Positions 16,982 to 26,544 of a stretch of 64,000 nucleotides of DNA are shown here, piece by piece. Position 1 is the stretch's first letter, and each line of letters begins with the position of its first letter. The notes under the pieces are model-generated. The model was not told the DNA's origin and ran no database searches. It saw nothing but the letters and a program-made list of their open reading frames with translations. Position numbers and translations under genes: made by a program. Source of the stretch: Clostridia bacterium. GTDB taxonomy: Bacteria > Bacillota > Clostridia > Oscillospirales > CAG-272. The stretch lies in the NCBI GenBank assembly GCA_024404445.1, contig JAKSPY010000001.1:2758-66757 (forward strand), read 5' to 3'.

Positions 16982-17782
16982 ATGCTCACCCGCGTCAGGG
17001 AAACGATCATCAGCCGCAAAAACAGGCGCATCACGGATGCGTGCGCGCTGTCCGACCGGAAAGAGAGGAAGCGTACCGGCCTCTTTACCTTTGAGGGCAT
17101 CAAGCTGTTTGATGAGGCAAAAAAAACAGGGCTGATATTCGACAGCGTTTTTGTCACCGGATCGGCACTTGAAAAATACGACGGCTCGCTTTGTGCCGTC
17201 GATTGCGTTTACGCCGTGACGGATGAGGTGTATGATAAGCTGACGGGCGAAAATGCGCCGCAGGGAGTGTTTTCGGTGTGCCGCATACCGGAATCACGTA
17301 CGCCGGATATTGATGACTGTAAGTGTGTGATATTGCTTGACGGTGTGGCTGACCCCGGCAACCTCGGAACGATAATACGCTGTGCCGACGCTTTCGGCAT
17401 AGGTCACGTGTTTATATCCTCCGACGGCGTCGACCTTTACAGCCCGAAGACCGTGCGCGCCTGCATGGGTTCGCTTTTCCGCGTCGGAACCACCGTCGTT
17501 ACCGACGTGTGCGATACGGTCAGATCGTTGCAGTCACACGGCTTCGGAGTTTATGCCGCCGTGCTGTCGCCGGACGCAAAAAGCATAACCGATATGACGT
17601 ATCCCGGTCGTATCGCGTTTGTCGTCGGCAATGAGGGGCACGGCGTTAGCGCACCCGTTTCCGCCGCCTGCGACGGGCGCGTGATAATACCAATGTGCGG
17701 CGGAGCGGAGTCGCTTAACGCCTCGGTTGCCGCGTCTATCCTGATGTGGGAGGGCGCCAAAGCCGCGAAACTCATAAAATAA
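16982..17782 (+). CDS. TrmH/SpoU-family RNA 2'-O-methyltransferase
   Basis: SpoU motifs GNLGTIIRCADAFG, VVGNEGHGVS and ESLNASVAASILMWE. Start at ATG 16982, after GGAGGA. Confidence 0.8.
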   Translation: MLTRVRETIISRKNRRITDACALSDRKERKRTGLFTFEGIKLFDEAKKTGLIFDSVFVTGSALEKYDGSLCAVDCVYAVTDEVYDKLTGENAPQGVFSVCRIPESRTPDIDDCKCVILLDGVADPGNLGTIIRCADAFGIGHVFISSDGVDLYSPKTVRACMGSLFRVGTTVVTDVCDTVRSLQSHGFGVYAAVLSPDAKSITDMTYPGRIAFVVGNEGHGVSAPVSAACDGRVIIPMCGGAESLNASVAASILMWEGAKAAKLIK

Positions 17783-17793
17783 CGGAGGAAAAT

Positions 17794-18936
17794 ATGTCGG
17801 ATTCGGCAATATATTGGATATGGCTGTCAACGGCCGTGCCGTACGGCAGTGCCGTCGGCAAGCACCTGTATCGCGTTTGGGGCAGTGCCAAAGGCGTATT
17901 TGAGGCGGATGCCGACAAAATACGTGCCGACAGGTACGTGACGCCGAGAATAGCCGATGCGATAGTGAAAAAGGACCTTTCCCGTGCCGCCGAAATACTG
18001 ACGCTTTGCGGACGGTACGGCGTGTCGGTCTTCACACCCGATATGCCGGAATATCCCGCCGACCTTTTGAAGATCGCCAATTATCCGTTGGTGCTTTATT
18101 CGATTGGCACCGTAAAGGACTTCAATTCACGGCCGGCGTTCGCTTCCGTCGGCACCCGCGAGGCGAGCCAAAAGGGACTGAAAAACGCATACGAGTTCGG
18201 CAAAGAATGTGCCGGCATGGGGGTGACGGTCGTATCCGGGTTGGCACTCGGAATAGCTACGCAGAGCGCACTCGGCGCGCTTGACGCCGGCGGTGTTACC
18301 GTTGCGGTGTTGGGCTGCGGGTGCGATAAGGTATATCCACCGCAGAATAAGGAGCTGTATGACAGGATAATCGGAAACGGCGCGGTCGTCAGTGAGTATC
18401 CGCCGATGACCCTGCCGTACCGCACGCATTTTCCGGAACGAAACAGGATCATCAGCGGTATGTCGCTGTGTACAGTCGTCGTTGAGTCCGGGGAACAAAG
18501 CGGGTCGCTGATCACGGCGCGATATGCCGTCAGTCACGAACGTCCGCTGTTTGCCTACGGAGGCAGTGCGGGCACGGAGGCGCTGATAGCCGAGAGAGCC
18601 ACACGTATAGAATGTGCCGCGGACGTCGCCGCGCATCTTGACGCCCCGCGTCATACGACAGTAAAACAGCCGGATAGGCCGCAGGTTGACGTCGCATCGC
18701 AGACGCGTCAGACACCCGCAGAGCAGGCACCGAATCCGTTCGTGTCATCTCTTGACAGCGAGAAGCAGAGCGTGTACCGCGCGATCAGGGGCGAAATGAC
18801 GGTCGATGAGATAATAATCGCGCTGTCGGACGCCGGCAGCACGATGTCACCGCAACAGATTATGGCGGCACTGACATATCTTGAGGCGTTCGGACTTATA
18901 ATAAGAAGTGCGGGAGCCGCATATAAACGAAAATAA
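17794..18936 (+). CDS. dprA: DNA processing protein DprA
   Basis: GTREASQKG...VVSGLALGIATQSALGALDAGGVTVAVLGCGCDKVYPPQNKEL is the DprA Rossmann core. Start at ATG 17794, after GGAGGA. Confidence 0.85.
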   Translation: MSDSAIYWIWLSTAVPYGSAVGKHLYRVWGSAKGVFEADADKIRADRYVTPRIADAIVKKDLSRAAEILTLCGRYGVSVFTPDMPEYPADLLKIANYPLVLYSIGTVKDFNSRPAFASVGTREASQKGLKNAYEFGKECAGMGVTVVSGLALGIATQSALGALDAGGVTVAVLGCGCDKVYPPQNKELYDRIIGNGAVVSEYPPMTLPYRTHFPERNRIISGMSLCTVVVESGEQSGSLITARYAVSHERPLFAYGGSAGTEALIAERATRIECAADVAAHLDAPRHTTVKQPDRPQVDVASQTRQTPAEQAPNPFVSSLDSEKQSVYRAIRGEMTVDEIIIALSDAGSTMSPQQIMAALTYLEAFGLIIRSAGAAYKRK

Positions 18937-19012
18937 GTCTTGACATAGGGGACTTTCTCGTCTATAATCTATAATCGTCTGCACAGACCAATAAAATAAG
19001 TGAGGAAACAAC

Positions 19013-21235
19013 GTGTACAAACTTGTGATAATGGAGTCGCCCACAAAGGCAAAGACGGTTGACTCTTTTCTCGGAAAAGATTATAAGGTCATCGGTTGCA
19101 CCGGACACGTCAGGGACCTGCCGAAAAGCACCCTGTCTGTCGACGTGAACAACGGCTTCAAACCTAAATATATCAACATCCACGGCAAGTCGGATATAAT
19201 CGCACAGCTTCGTAAGGAGGCAAAAGGCGTACAGAGCGTCATATTGGCAACGGACCCTGATCGTGAGGGTGAGGCAATTGCATGGCATCTGGCGACTGTG
19301 CTCGGACTTGATCCCGATGCCGCCTGCCGCGTTACGTTCAATGAGATCACGAAAACCGAGGTACTGACACAGATCGCAAAGCCGCGTCCGATAGATATGA
19401 ACCTTGTCAATTCTCAGCAGGCGCGCCGTGTGTTGGACCGTATCGTCGGCTATAAGCTCAGTCCTTTTTTGTGGAAGACGGTACGCAGCGGACTCAGCGC
19501 GGGTCGCGTTCAGTCCGTCACGACGAGACTGATCGTTGAAAGAGAGAAGGAAATAGAGGCATTCGTACCGCGTGAGTATTGGACGATCGAGGCCGAGCTG
19601 CGCGCCGCACGAAAAAAGATAAACGCAAAATTCCATGGCGACATCAACGGAAAGATAGAATTGGAAAATGAGGCACAGGCGATGCAGGTCGTCGATGCCT
19701 GCACGGATAAGGAATTCACCGTTACGGACGTGAATACGTCAGTAAAATCAAAGTCACCCGCCGCACCGTTCTCCACGTCTACGCTTTTGCAGGAAGCGTC
19801 GAAAAGACTCGGCTTCCAATCAAAAAAGATCATGCGTATCGCGCAGGAGCTGTATGAAGGTATCAACCTCGGCTCTAACGGCTATCACGGTATCATCACG
19901 TATATGCGTACCGACTCACTTCGCATCTCTGATGAGGCGGCGCGTGAGGCAGAGAAATATATCACGTCAAAATTCGGTAAGGAATACTACCCCGCTAAGA
20001 GGAGAATATTCAAAAGCGACGAATCCGCGCAGGACGCTCATGAGGCTATCCGCCCCGCAAACGTCACACTTGCCCCCGACGATATCAAGCCGCATCTGAC
20101 GTCGGAGCAGTATAAGCTGTATAAGCTGATCTGGGACAGATTCATGGCCAGCCAGATGAAGAACGCGGAGATAGAAACTATCTCTGCCGATATCAGATGC
20201 GGTGACTATGTATTCAAATCATCCGAAAATACGGTGCTGTTCAAGGGCTATCTGCTCGTTTACGACGATGCGGACGATGCCGGCGCAATGTCAAAGCTGT
20301 CGTCCATCAAATCCGGCGACGTGCTGAATGCCGAAGCGATAACGCCGAAGCAGAACTTTACCGACGCACCTCCGAGATATACCGAGGGTTCACTGATCAA
20401 GGTATTGAAGGAAAAGGGGATCGGCCGTCCCTCAACGTACGCGACCACGATCACCACGATAATTTCCCGTAATTACGTTGAACTTGACAAAAAGCTGTTC
20501 CGTGCCACACCGCTGGGTGTCGCAACGGTCGAGCTGATGAAAAAGAATTTCTCGCAGATTGTCGATTACAAATTCACCGCAAATATGGAAACGAGCCTCG
20601 ATAAGATCGCCGACGGCGACGACACCTATGAGCAGGTGCTGACTGATTTTTACGGCGATTTCGATACGACGCTTGAGGAGGCGCAGAAGCATTTGAAGGA
20701 GAACAAGGTCAAGATCCCCGATGAGGAGTCGGATATCATTTGCGACAAGTGCGGTCGTAAAATGGTCATAAAGACGGGACGTTACGGTAAATTTGCCGCT
20801 TGCCCCGGATATCCGGAATGCAAGAATACAAAGCCGCTGACAGGCGGCAAGACGACGACCGATAAGCCGAAGGCAGAGCCCGAAAAGACGGATATGGTCT
20901 GTGAGAAATGCGGCGCACCGCTTGTTATCCGCGATTCGCGCTACGGTAAATTCTATGCCTGCACCGCGTTCCCGAAATGCCGCTATACAAAGGCCATACG
21001 CGAGGATATCGGCGTGCCGTGCCCGAAATGCGGCGCGAAGCTCATTCTCGGCCACGGAAAGAGAAATACCGTTTTTTACGGCTGTTCCAATTATCCGGAG
21101 TGTGATTTTTCCAGCTGGAACAGACCTTTGGATAAGACTTGCCCGAAGTGCGGCTCGATGCTTGAGCTGAATGAGCGCAAGAATGAGGTCGTATGCTCCA
21201 ATAAGGAATGCGACTATAAGGAAGAAAACGAATAA
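19013..21235 (+). CDS. topA: DNA topoisomerase I
   Basis: LVIMESPTKAKT (Toprim), the DPDREGEAI motif, the active-site region YEGINLGSNGYHGIITYMRTDS, and four C-terminal Cys4 zinc ribbons. GTG start after GAGGAAA. Confidence 0.9.
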   Translation: MYKLVIMESPTKAKTVDSFLGKDYKVIGCTGHVRDLPKSTLSVDVNNGFKPKYINIHGKSDIIAQLRKEAKGVQSVILATDPDREGEAIAWHLATVLGLDPDAACRVTFNEITKTEVLTQIAKPRPIDMNLVNSQQARRVLDRIVGYKLSPFLWKTVRSGLSAGRVQSVTTRLIVEREKEIEAFVPREYWTIEAELRAARKKINAKFHGDINGKIELENEAQAMQVVDACTDKEFTVTDVNTSVKSKSPAAPFSTSTLLQEASKRLGFQSKKIMRIAQELYEGINLGSNGYHGIITYMRTDSLRISDEAAREAEKYITSKFGKEYYPAKRRIFKSDESAQDAHEAIRPANVTLAPDDIKPHLTSEQYKLYKLIWDRFMASQMKNAEIETISADIRCGDYVFKSSENTVLFKGYLLVYDDADDAGAMSKLSSIKSGDVLNAEAITPKQNFTDAPPRYTEGSLIKVLKEKGIGRPSTYATTITTIISRNYVELDKKLFRATPLGVATVELMKKNFSQIVDYKFTANMETSLDKIADGDDTYEQVLTDFYGDFDTTLEEAQKHLKENKVKIPDEESDIICDKCGRKMVIKTGRYGKFAACPGYPECKNTKPLTGGKTTTDKPKAEPEKTDMVCEKCGAPLVIRDSRYGKFYACTAFPKCRYTKAIREDIGVPCPKCGAKLILGHGKRNTVFYGCSNYPECDFSSWNRPLDKTCPKCGSMLELNERKNEVVCSNKECDYKEENE

Positions 21236-21239
21236 AACG

Positions 21240-21277
21240 ACGGACTGTCAGCGGTCGATGACCGGCTGACAGTCCGT
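21240..21277. terminator. bidirectional terminator between topA and the 7-TM gene
   Basis: acggactgtcagc / gctgacagtccgt is a perfect 13-bp stem with a 12-nt loop, followed by ttgactttatt. Confidence 0.7.
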
Positions 21278-21283
21278 TTGACT

Positions 21284-21940
21284 TTATTCTTTTATCTTTT
21301 TTGCGTTTATTATGTATCCGATGATTATCAGCACCATAGTGAGCGTCAGTATGGAGTGATATGCGCTGTTAAAGTCGAACTGCCATATCACTGTGAAATA
21401 CAGCTTGCGCTGTGCCTGAATTATCCCGCCGGGAATCTGTATCACCAGCCCGGCGATATACGGTATCAGATCGGCACGGCGGCGTTTTATCGCCGTTATC
21501 GTGAACAGGACCAGCGCATAGATGAGCACGACCGCACAGTACGCGACGTAGACAAGTATATACCTGTCATAGAAAAGCGACGTTACCATCATGGCCGCAA
21601 ACCCCGCAAAACCGAGGCAGGTGAATATGATATACGTGCGTTTGAGATGGGGAACTTTCTTTTCCTGCTCCGCGCAGACGACGAACATCGACGACGTCAT
21701 ACACAGTATCAGCGACAGAAATACCCATATTATCCTGTCGGCCGGCGCGGGAAAATCAAGTGTGTGAACTATTCCTCCGGCAATATTGGAGAAGGTCAGC
21801 AGTGCCATGGTGATTATCCACGGTGTGGAGTATTTCTTCCTGTGGGTAAGAAGGTATACGAGGAATATCCCCGAAACGAAAAAATTGATTATGTCAGTTA
21901 TTCCGGTCATCAGCTCCGGCGGCTGTGTAAAGCTTATCAT
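21284..21940 (-). CDS. hypothetical 7-TM integral membrane protein
   Basis: About seven hydrophobic segments. Conserved-looking His residues occur in GGIVH and NSAYH. I moved the start to ATG 21940, 8 nt after GAGGAAG and 6 nt after the GH130 stop. I do not recognise a family. Confidence 0.55.
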   Translation of the reverse strand: MISFTQPPELMTGITDIINFFVSGIFLVYLLTHRKKYSTPWIITMALLTFSNIAGGIVHTLDFPAPADRIIWVFLSLILCMTSSMFVVCAEQEKKVPHLKRTYIIFTCLGFAGFAAMMVTSLFYDRYILVYVAYCAVVLIYALVLFTITAIKRRRADLIPYIAGLVIQIPGGIIQAQRKLYFTVIWQFDFNSAYHSILTLTMVLIIIGYIINAKKIKE

Positions 21941-21945
21941 AATGA

Positions 21946-22944
21946 TCACTTCCTCGGTTCTGTGCACAGTGCCAGCAGATCGTCCAGATTTGCCGATGCC
22001 ATGCGTACTATTGCGTCACCCGCGCTGTAATATATGCGCACGGTGCGGTCGTCCTCCAATAACATCCCGCACGGGAACAGTGCGTTCGTGCGATAGCCTT
22101 CTTCCAGCTCATAATAGCCCTCCGGCACGATGAGAGGACGTTTTGACATTCCGATGACCTTTGACGGATCATTGAGGTCGAGCAGGGCGATGCCGATCAC
22201 ATAGCGCTTTTTCCATGCCTTTTCCCAACCGTTTTTGCCGCGGCTTGGATCTATGTCGACAGAGTGGAAAATAATCAGCCAGCCCTTGTCCGTCTTTATC
22301 GGCGGCGCTCCGGGACCTATCTTGTCATTACAGTACGGCACGTCCTCTGTGGCGAGAACGAGGCGTGACTTTCCCCAATATACAAGATCCGGCGACTCCG
22401 ACAGCCAGATATCAAAAATATTGCCGTCACGCGAATATACGGGCATCGGACGTTCCAATCTGATGTAATTGCCGTTAATCTTTTCGGGGAAAAGCACCAT
22501 GTTTCTGTTTTCCGGCACGGAGATCGACTTTATCTCAAAGCTTTTCAGGTCCTTTGTCACCGCCATGCCTCCGCACACCCCGTGGCGCGTATCCACGGCA
22601 AAGCACATACAGTATTCGTCGTCGATGTACGTTATGCGCGGATCGTAAACGCGCATGATCTCGTCGTCCTTCATGGCAAAGCACGGCTCCGGCTCTACCT
22701 TGAAATGTATGCCGTCGTCGGAATAGGCCAGTCCGAGATTAGTACCCTCAAGTATCTGCTTATCGTAATCGCCGATGTCGTTACGAAAGATCATTATGTA
22801 TTTTCCGTCCTTTTTCAGCACGCCTGCGTTGAATGTCAGCGCGGAACGGTACGGTACGTCGTGGCGCGACAGTATCGTTTCGGGGTAGCGTGTGATACAT
22901 TTTGCCGTCGTGAACAGCGATTCGTCAACAGGTTTGAAATCCAT
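21946..22944 (-). CDS. glycoside hydrolase family 130 (beta-mannoside phosphorylase-like)
   Basis: 332 aa. ITRYPETILSRHDVPY...FNAGVLKKDGKYIMIFRND and a 5-bladed-propeller-like repeat pattern match GH130 as I recall it. No signal peptide. Confidence 0.7.
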   Translation of the reverse strand: MDFKPVDESLFTTAKCITRYPETILSRHDVPYRSALTFNAGVLKKDGKYIMIFRNDIGDYDKQILEGTNLGLAYSDDGIHFKVEPEPCFAMKDDEIMRVYDPRITYIDDEYCMCFAVDTRHGVCGGMAVTKDLKSFEIKSISVPENRNMVLFPEKINGNYIRLERPMPVYSRDGNIFDIWLSESPDLVYWGKSRLVLATEDVPYCNDKIGPGAPPIKTDKGWLIIFHSVDIDPSRGKNGWEKAWKKRYVIGIALLDLNDPSKVIGMSKRPLIVPEGYYELEEGYRTNALFPCGMLLEDDRTVRIYYSAGDAIVRMASANLDDLLALCTEPRK

Positions 22945-22954
22945 ATCCTTCTCC

Positions 22955-23506
22955 TTACTCGGTGACTGTCACATATACATCGTGACAAATGCCGCCGTAT
23001 TCTATTCTCACGCGGCAGACCCCCGCCGCAGAAAAGTCATATTCGATGTCATAATCCCGGACGATGAAATACTCACCGTTTTCCCTTTGTGCCGTGACCG
23101 TTACCGACGAACGGTCAAATGCCTCGTGTACCGAATACTCACGCGGGGAGGTGATCTCCGCCGTGAAATCAAGTATCAGCGTGCAATCGATCACAACGTC
23201 AAGTCTGACGTCACTGCGCCCGTCCGATACGATCAGCACGAATCTGTTTTCACCGTCGCGTAACTCAAGCGCGTCGCCGCTGAAATACTCACCATAGGTG
23301 TCGTCGCTGTATAAGGTCATGATATCGCCGTTCGGAGCCGTGATATCCCTGTATGGATAGAAGAAATATTCATTGACGTAACTGCCGCAGATCGTGTCGC
23401 CCACGCGGTACAGCCCGCCGGTGAGGATCAGATCGGGGGAGTATTCACTGCCGCAACCGCACAGTATGACGCACAGCGCGAAAAAAACGAACAACAGTCT
23501 TTTCAT
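22955..23506 (-). CDS. lipoprotein with C-terminal bacterial Ig-like domain
   Basis: Signal peptide with lipobox LCGCGS. The C-terminal YSVHEAFDRSSVTVTAQRENGEYFIVRDYDIEYDF...VRIEYGGICHDVYVTVT resembles Big_3-type Ig domains. Its stop lies 10 nt upstream of the GH130 start. Confidence 0.5.
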   Translation of the reverse strand: MKRLLFVFFALCVILCGCGSEYSPDLILTGGLYRVGDTICGSYVNEYFFYPYRDITAPNGDIMTLYSDDTYGEYFSGDALELRDGENRFVLIVSDGRSDVRLDVVIDCTLILDFTAEITSPREYSVHEAFDRSSVTVTAQRENGEYFIVRDYDIEYDFSAAGVCRVRIEYGGICHDVYVTVTE

Positions 23507-23618
23507 ACATCCTCCGCAACCGTTTTGCTTATTTTATCATATATGGTGCATCAAGTCAATCGGTATTGACAATATTGATGACGTATGATAAAATAACCGT
23601 CGTAGAAAGAGGTATGAT

Positions 23619-24296
23619 ATGAAAAGAATATTTGCTGTTTTAATGGCATTCATTATACTGATCGCCGCCGTTTCGTGCGGGAAGCCAACGACGGTCATCG
23701 ACACCGACGCTGACGGGAATAAGATCAGCGAATCGTATTATCAGGGAAAGACCCTCATGCGCAAGGTGTTGTACAAAAACGGTGTCGAGTATGAGGTTTA
23801 CGTTTACGAAAAATCACGTGAAATCGAAAGAACGCGCTATAATCCCGACGGCACCGTCTATCTGCGCGTGGTCAGAGAATACGATAAAAAGGGCAACGTG
23901 ATAAAAATGGCTGAATACGGCAACGAGGGTTGCATGGCGTCGCACGTTTATTCCTATGATAAGGTGTTGCTACGGCAGGACGACTATGACGGCGTGGGCT
24001 CGATCGTGTATACGGCGTATTTCGATGCCGACGGACAAAAGATCAAGGGAGTGACATACAACGAGATCGGTGAGATCTATGAGATAATTGAGTACGGATA
24101 TGACGACGCGGGCAGGCTGAGCTACGCCGTGTCAAAGGATGCCGACGGCACGCAACACAGCCGAATTGAGCACATTTACGACGGATCGGGTAATGAGGTA
24201 AGGACGGACACGTATGACGGCAACGGCGATCACATCACATCGCTGATAATGGAATACGACGAGAACGGTAAACTGATCAACAGCCGATTGGAATGA
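23619..24296 (+). CDS. small lipoprotein built of YD/RHS-like repeats
   Basis: Signal peptide with lipobox AAVSCG. Repeated Y-x-Y-D-x-x-G-x motifs occur: EYDKKGNVIKMAEY, YGYDDAGRLSYA, HIYDGSGNEVRTDTYDGNGD and EYDENGKLIN. Confidence 0.5.
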   Translation: MKRIFAVLMAFIILIAAVSCGKPTTVIDTDADGNKISESYYQGKTLMRKVLYKNGVEYEVYVYEKSREIERTRYNPDGTVYLRVVREYDKKGNVIKMAEYGNEGCMASHVYSYDKVLLRQDDYDGVGSIVYTAYFDADGQKIKGVTYNEIGEIYEIIEYGYDDAGRLSYAVSKDADGTQHSRIEHIYDGSGNEVRTDTYDGNGDHITSLIMEYDENGKLINSRLE

Positions 24297-24319
24297 TGAT
24301 CGGCGTCATAAATAACGAG

Positions 24320-24357
24320 AAAACCGGTGCGGGATCGACGATCCCACACCGGTTTTT
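24320..24357. terminator. bidirectional terminator
   Basis: aaaaccggtgcgggatcg a cgatcccacaccggttttt is a 16-bp stem with one mismatch, flanked by A- and T-runs. Confidence 0.7.
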
Positions 24358-24363
24358 GTGCCT

Positions 24364-25248
24364 TTATTCTTTTTTTAATGTATCGCCCGAAATGGCCTCG
24401 TAATATTTGGCCAGCGCACTGTGGTCGCATTGTCCCATGCCGTGTGCGTGAAGGTACTGCATCATCTCCATTACCGATGTCGTCAGAGGCAGGGGAGAGC
24501 CGACGCCGTGCCCTGTTTCTATCGCGTTATTCAGATCCTTGATATGCAGGTCGATCTTGAATCCGGGATTTGCATTTCCGGCCATCATCATCGGTGCTTT
24601 TGCGTTCATCACGGTACTGCCGGCAAGGCCGCCGCGTATTGCCTCAAATACCTTTTCGGGATCGACACCCGCCTTTTTTGCGAGCATGAAGCCCTCTGAT
24701 ACCGCGGCGATATTTGCCGCGACTATGATCTGATTTGCGAGCTTCGTCGTGTTTCCCGCGCCGGAGCCGCCGCACAGCACTACGTCCTTGCCCATTGCCT
24801 TCAATATGGGCGTGCACTCCGCGAATAAAGCATCATCGCCGCCACACATTATCGACAGCGTACCGTCGATCGCCTTCGGCTCACCGCCGCTTACGGGAGC
24901 CTCCAACATTCTGACGCCTTTTTCAGCGCATTTTGCGGCTATTTCACGCGATGCCAGCGGCGCGATGGAGCTCATATCTATCAGAATAAGACCGTCCTTT
25001 GCGTGCTGTAAAATTCCGCCGTCGCCGCATACGACCTCGCGCACATGCGGTGAATTCGGCAGCATCGTGATTATCACGGGGCATTGCGCCGTCATCGTTC
25101 CGACGTCGGCGACTGTCGCGCCGTATCCCGCCGTGACTTTTTCCGCCGACTTATCTATATCGCGTACGTAAAGCGTGTGCCCCGCGGCGATCAGATTCTT
25201 AACCATCGGCTTTCCCATTATTCCGAGTCCGATAAATCCTATTTTCAT
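24364..25248 (-). CDS. garR: 2-hydroxy-3-oxopropionate (tartronate semialdehyde) reductase
   Basis: MKIGFIGLGIMGKPMVKNL NAD-binding motif. Length and pattern fit the 3-hydroxyisobutyrate dehydrogenase family, GarR/GlxR type. Confidence 0.75.
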   Translation of the reverse strand: MKIGFIGLGIMGKPMVKNLIAAGHTLYVRDIDKSAEKVTAGYGATVADVGTMTAQCPVIITMLPNSPHVREVVCGDGGILQHAKDGLILIDMSSIAPLASREIAAKCAEKGVRMLEAPVSGGEPKAIDGTLSIMCGGDDALFAECTPILKAMGKDVVLCGGSGAGNTTKLANQIIVAANIAAVSEGFMLAKKAGVDPEKVFEAIRGGLAGSTVMNAKAPMMMAGNANPGFKIDLHIKDLNNAIETGHGVGSPLPLTTSVMEMMQYLHAHGMGQCDHSALAKYYEAISGDTLKKE

Positions 25249-25256
25249 TTTATCAC

Positions 25257-26483
25257 CTATCTTTTTATCAGCACGACTGCGAGGTCGTTGACGTTAGTGC
25301 CGGTCGGGCCTGTCATGATCAGCCCTCCGACGGATTTCAGTGCGTGGTACGCGTCATTGTCGGCCAGCACAGAATGAACGTCCAACCCCGCCGATCTTAG
25401 TGCGGAAAGCGTATGCTCATCGGCATATCCGCCTGCCGCGTCCGTCGGACCGTCCGTGCCGTCTGATCCGAATGAGAAGACGCACGTGTCCGTACATCCG
25501 GCTATATCTTTTGCGGCCGACAGTGCGATCTCCTGATTTCTGCCGCCTTTGCCGTGGCCTGTCAGATGAACGACCGTTTCGCCTCCGGCAATGAAGGCAA
25601 GCGACTTTTCGGTGTTCTGATGATCGCGTGCGATCGCGCCGAGAAATGTGCCCGCCTCGCGCGCCTCACAGTTAAGGCTAGCCGTCAGCGTTATCGGCTC
25701 GTACCCCATTTCGCGGCACACTCTTTCAGCCGTGGCGCAAAGCTGTTTTACACTGCCTGTGACGTATGTCGTCACGTTGTCAAGCGTTTTCGGTGTTTCC
25801 GTTCTGAGCAATATTTCAGCCTTTGCCGAAATCTTCAGCCCGTATTTTTCCACTATCGCCATCGCCTGCTCGGACGTTGAGCTGTCGGGATATGCGGGGC
25901 CCGACGCTATCATATCCAGCGGGTCGCCGATTATATCGGACAGTACGACGGTGTAGACGTGCGCCGGCGCACAGCACAGTGCGAATCTGCCGCCCTTGAC
26001 GGCCGACAGGCGCTTTCTGACTGTGTTTATTTCCACTATGTCCGCGCCGCACGCCAACAGCTGCCCCGTCACAGATGCCATTTCGTCGGCATCGACCATC
26101 GGACTTTCAAACAGGGCACTTCCGCCGCCGGAAAGCAGGAACAATACCGCGTCGTCCGGCGTCAGATCTTTAACTATTTCCAGCGCGCGTGCCGTGGCTG
26201 AATAGCTGTTTTCGTCGGGGACGGGATGACCTGCCTCGCGCACCTCCAGATGAGGCACTTCACCCTTGCTGTGATCATATTTTGTTATTATTATGCCCGT
26301 GCTTATTCTGTCGCCAAGCTCCTTTGCCGCCGCGTTTCCCATTTCCCACGCCGCTTTACCGGCCGCGACGACTACCAGCCGTCCTGTGGGGAATGTGATT
26401 TTTTGCAGAGCCTGCCTGACGGCCGCACCCGGCATTGCCTCGGCAAGCGCGGTATCGATTATTCTTTGGGCATCGTTATTCAT
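25257..26483 (-). CDS. glycerate 2-kinase (DUF4147 + MOFRL, TtuD-type)
   Basis: 408 aa. The N-terminal VVAAGKAAWEMG and C-terminal GGETVVHLTGHGKGGRNQE...GSDGTDGPTDAAG match MOFRL-family glycerate kinase / hydroxypyruvate reductase. Confidence 0.75.
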   Translation of the reverse strand: MNNDAQRIIDTALAEAMPGAAVRQALQKITFPTGRLVVVAAGKAAWEMGNAAAKELGDRISTGIIITKYDHSKGEVPHLEVREAGHPVPDENSYSATARALEIVKDLTPDDAVLFLLSGGGSALFESPMVDADEMASVTGQLLACGADIVEINTVRKRLSAVKGGRFALCCAPAHVYTVVLSDIIGDPLDMIASGPAYPDSSTSEQAMAIVEKYGLKISAKAEILLRTETPKTLDNVTTYVTGSVKQLCATAERVCREMGYEPITLTASLNCEAREAGTFLGAIARDHQNTEKSLAFIAGGETVVHLTGHGKGGRNQEIALSAAKDIAGCTDTCVFSFGSDGTDGPTDAAGGYADEHTLSALRSAGLDVHSVLADNDAYHALKSVGGLIMTGPTGTNVNDLAVVLIKR

Positions 26484-26501
26484 ATTAGCCTCCTAAAAGG
26501 T

Positions 26502-26525
26502 TGAGCCGTTCCGAAGAACGGCTCA
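26502..26525 (-). terminator. intercistronic hairpin after gntP (possible partial terminator or stabiliser)
   Basis: tgagccgttc / cgaa loop / gaacggctca is a perfect 10-bp stem. The T-tract on the minus strand is weak (accttttagg). Confidence 0.4.
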
Positions 26526-26544
26526 TTATTATTTGTCTATGCGG

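Noticed and set aside
21278-22030. A 250-aa plus-strand ORF overlapping the 7-TM gene.
   Set aside because: The minus-strand product is a coherent seven-helix membrane protein, translationally coupled to GH130. The plus-strand product is Arg/His/Tyr-rich with no structure.
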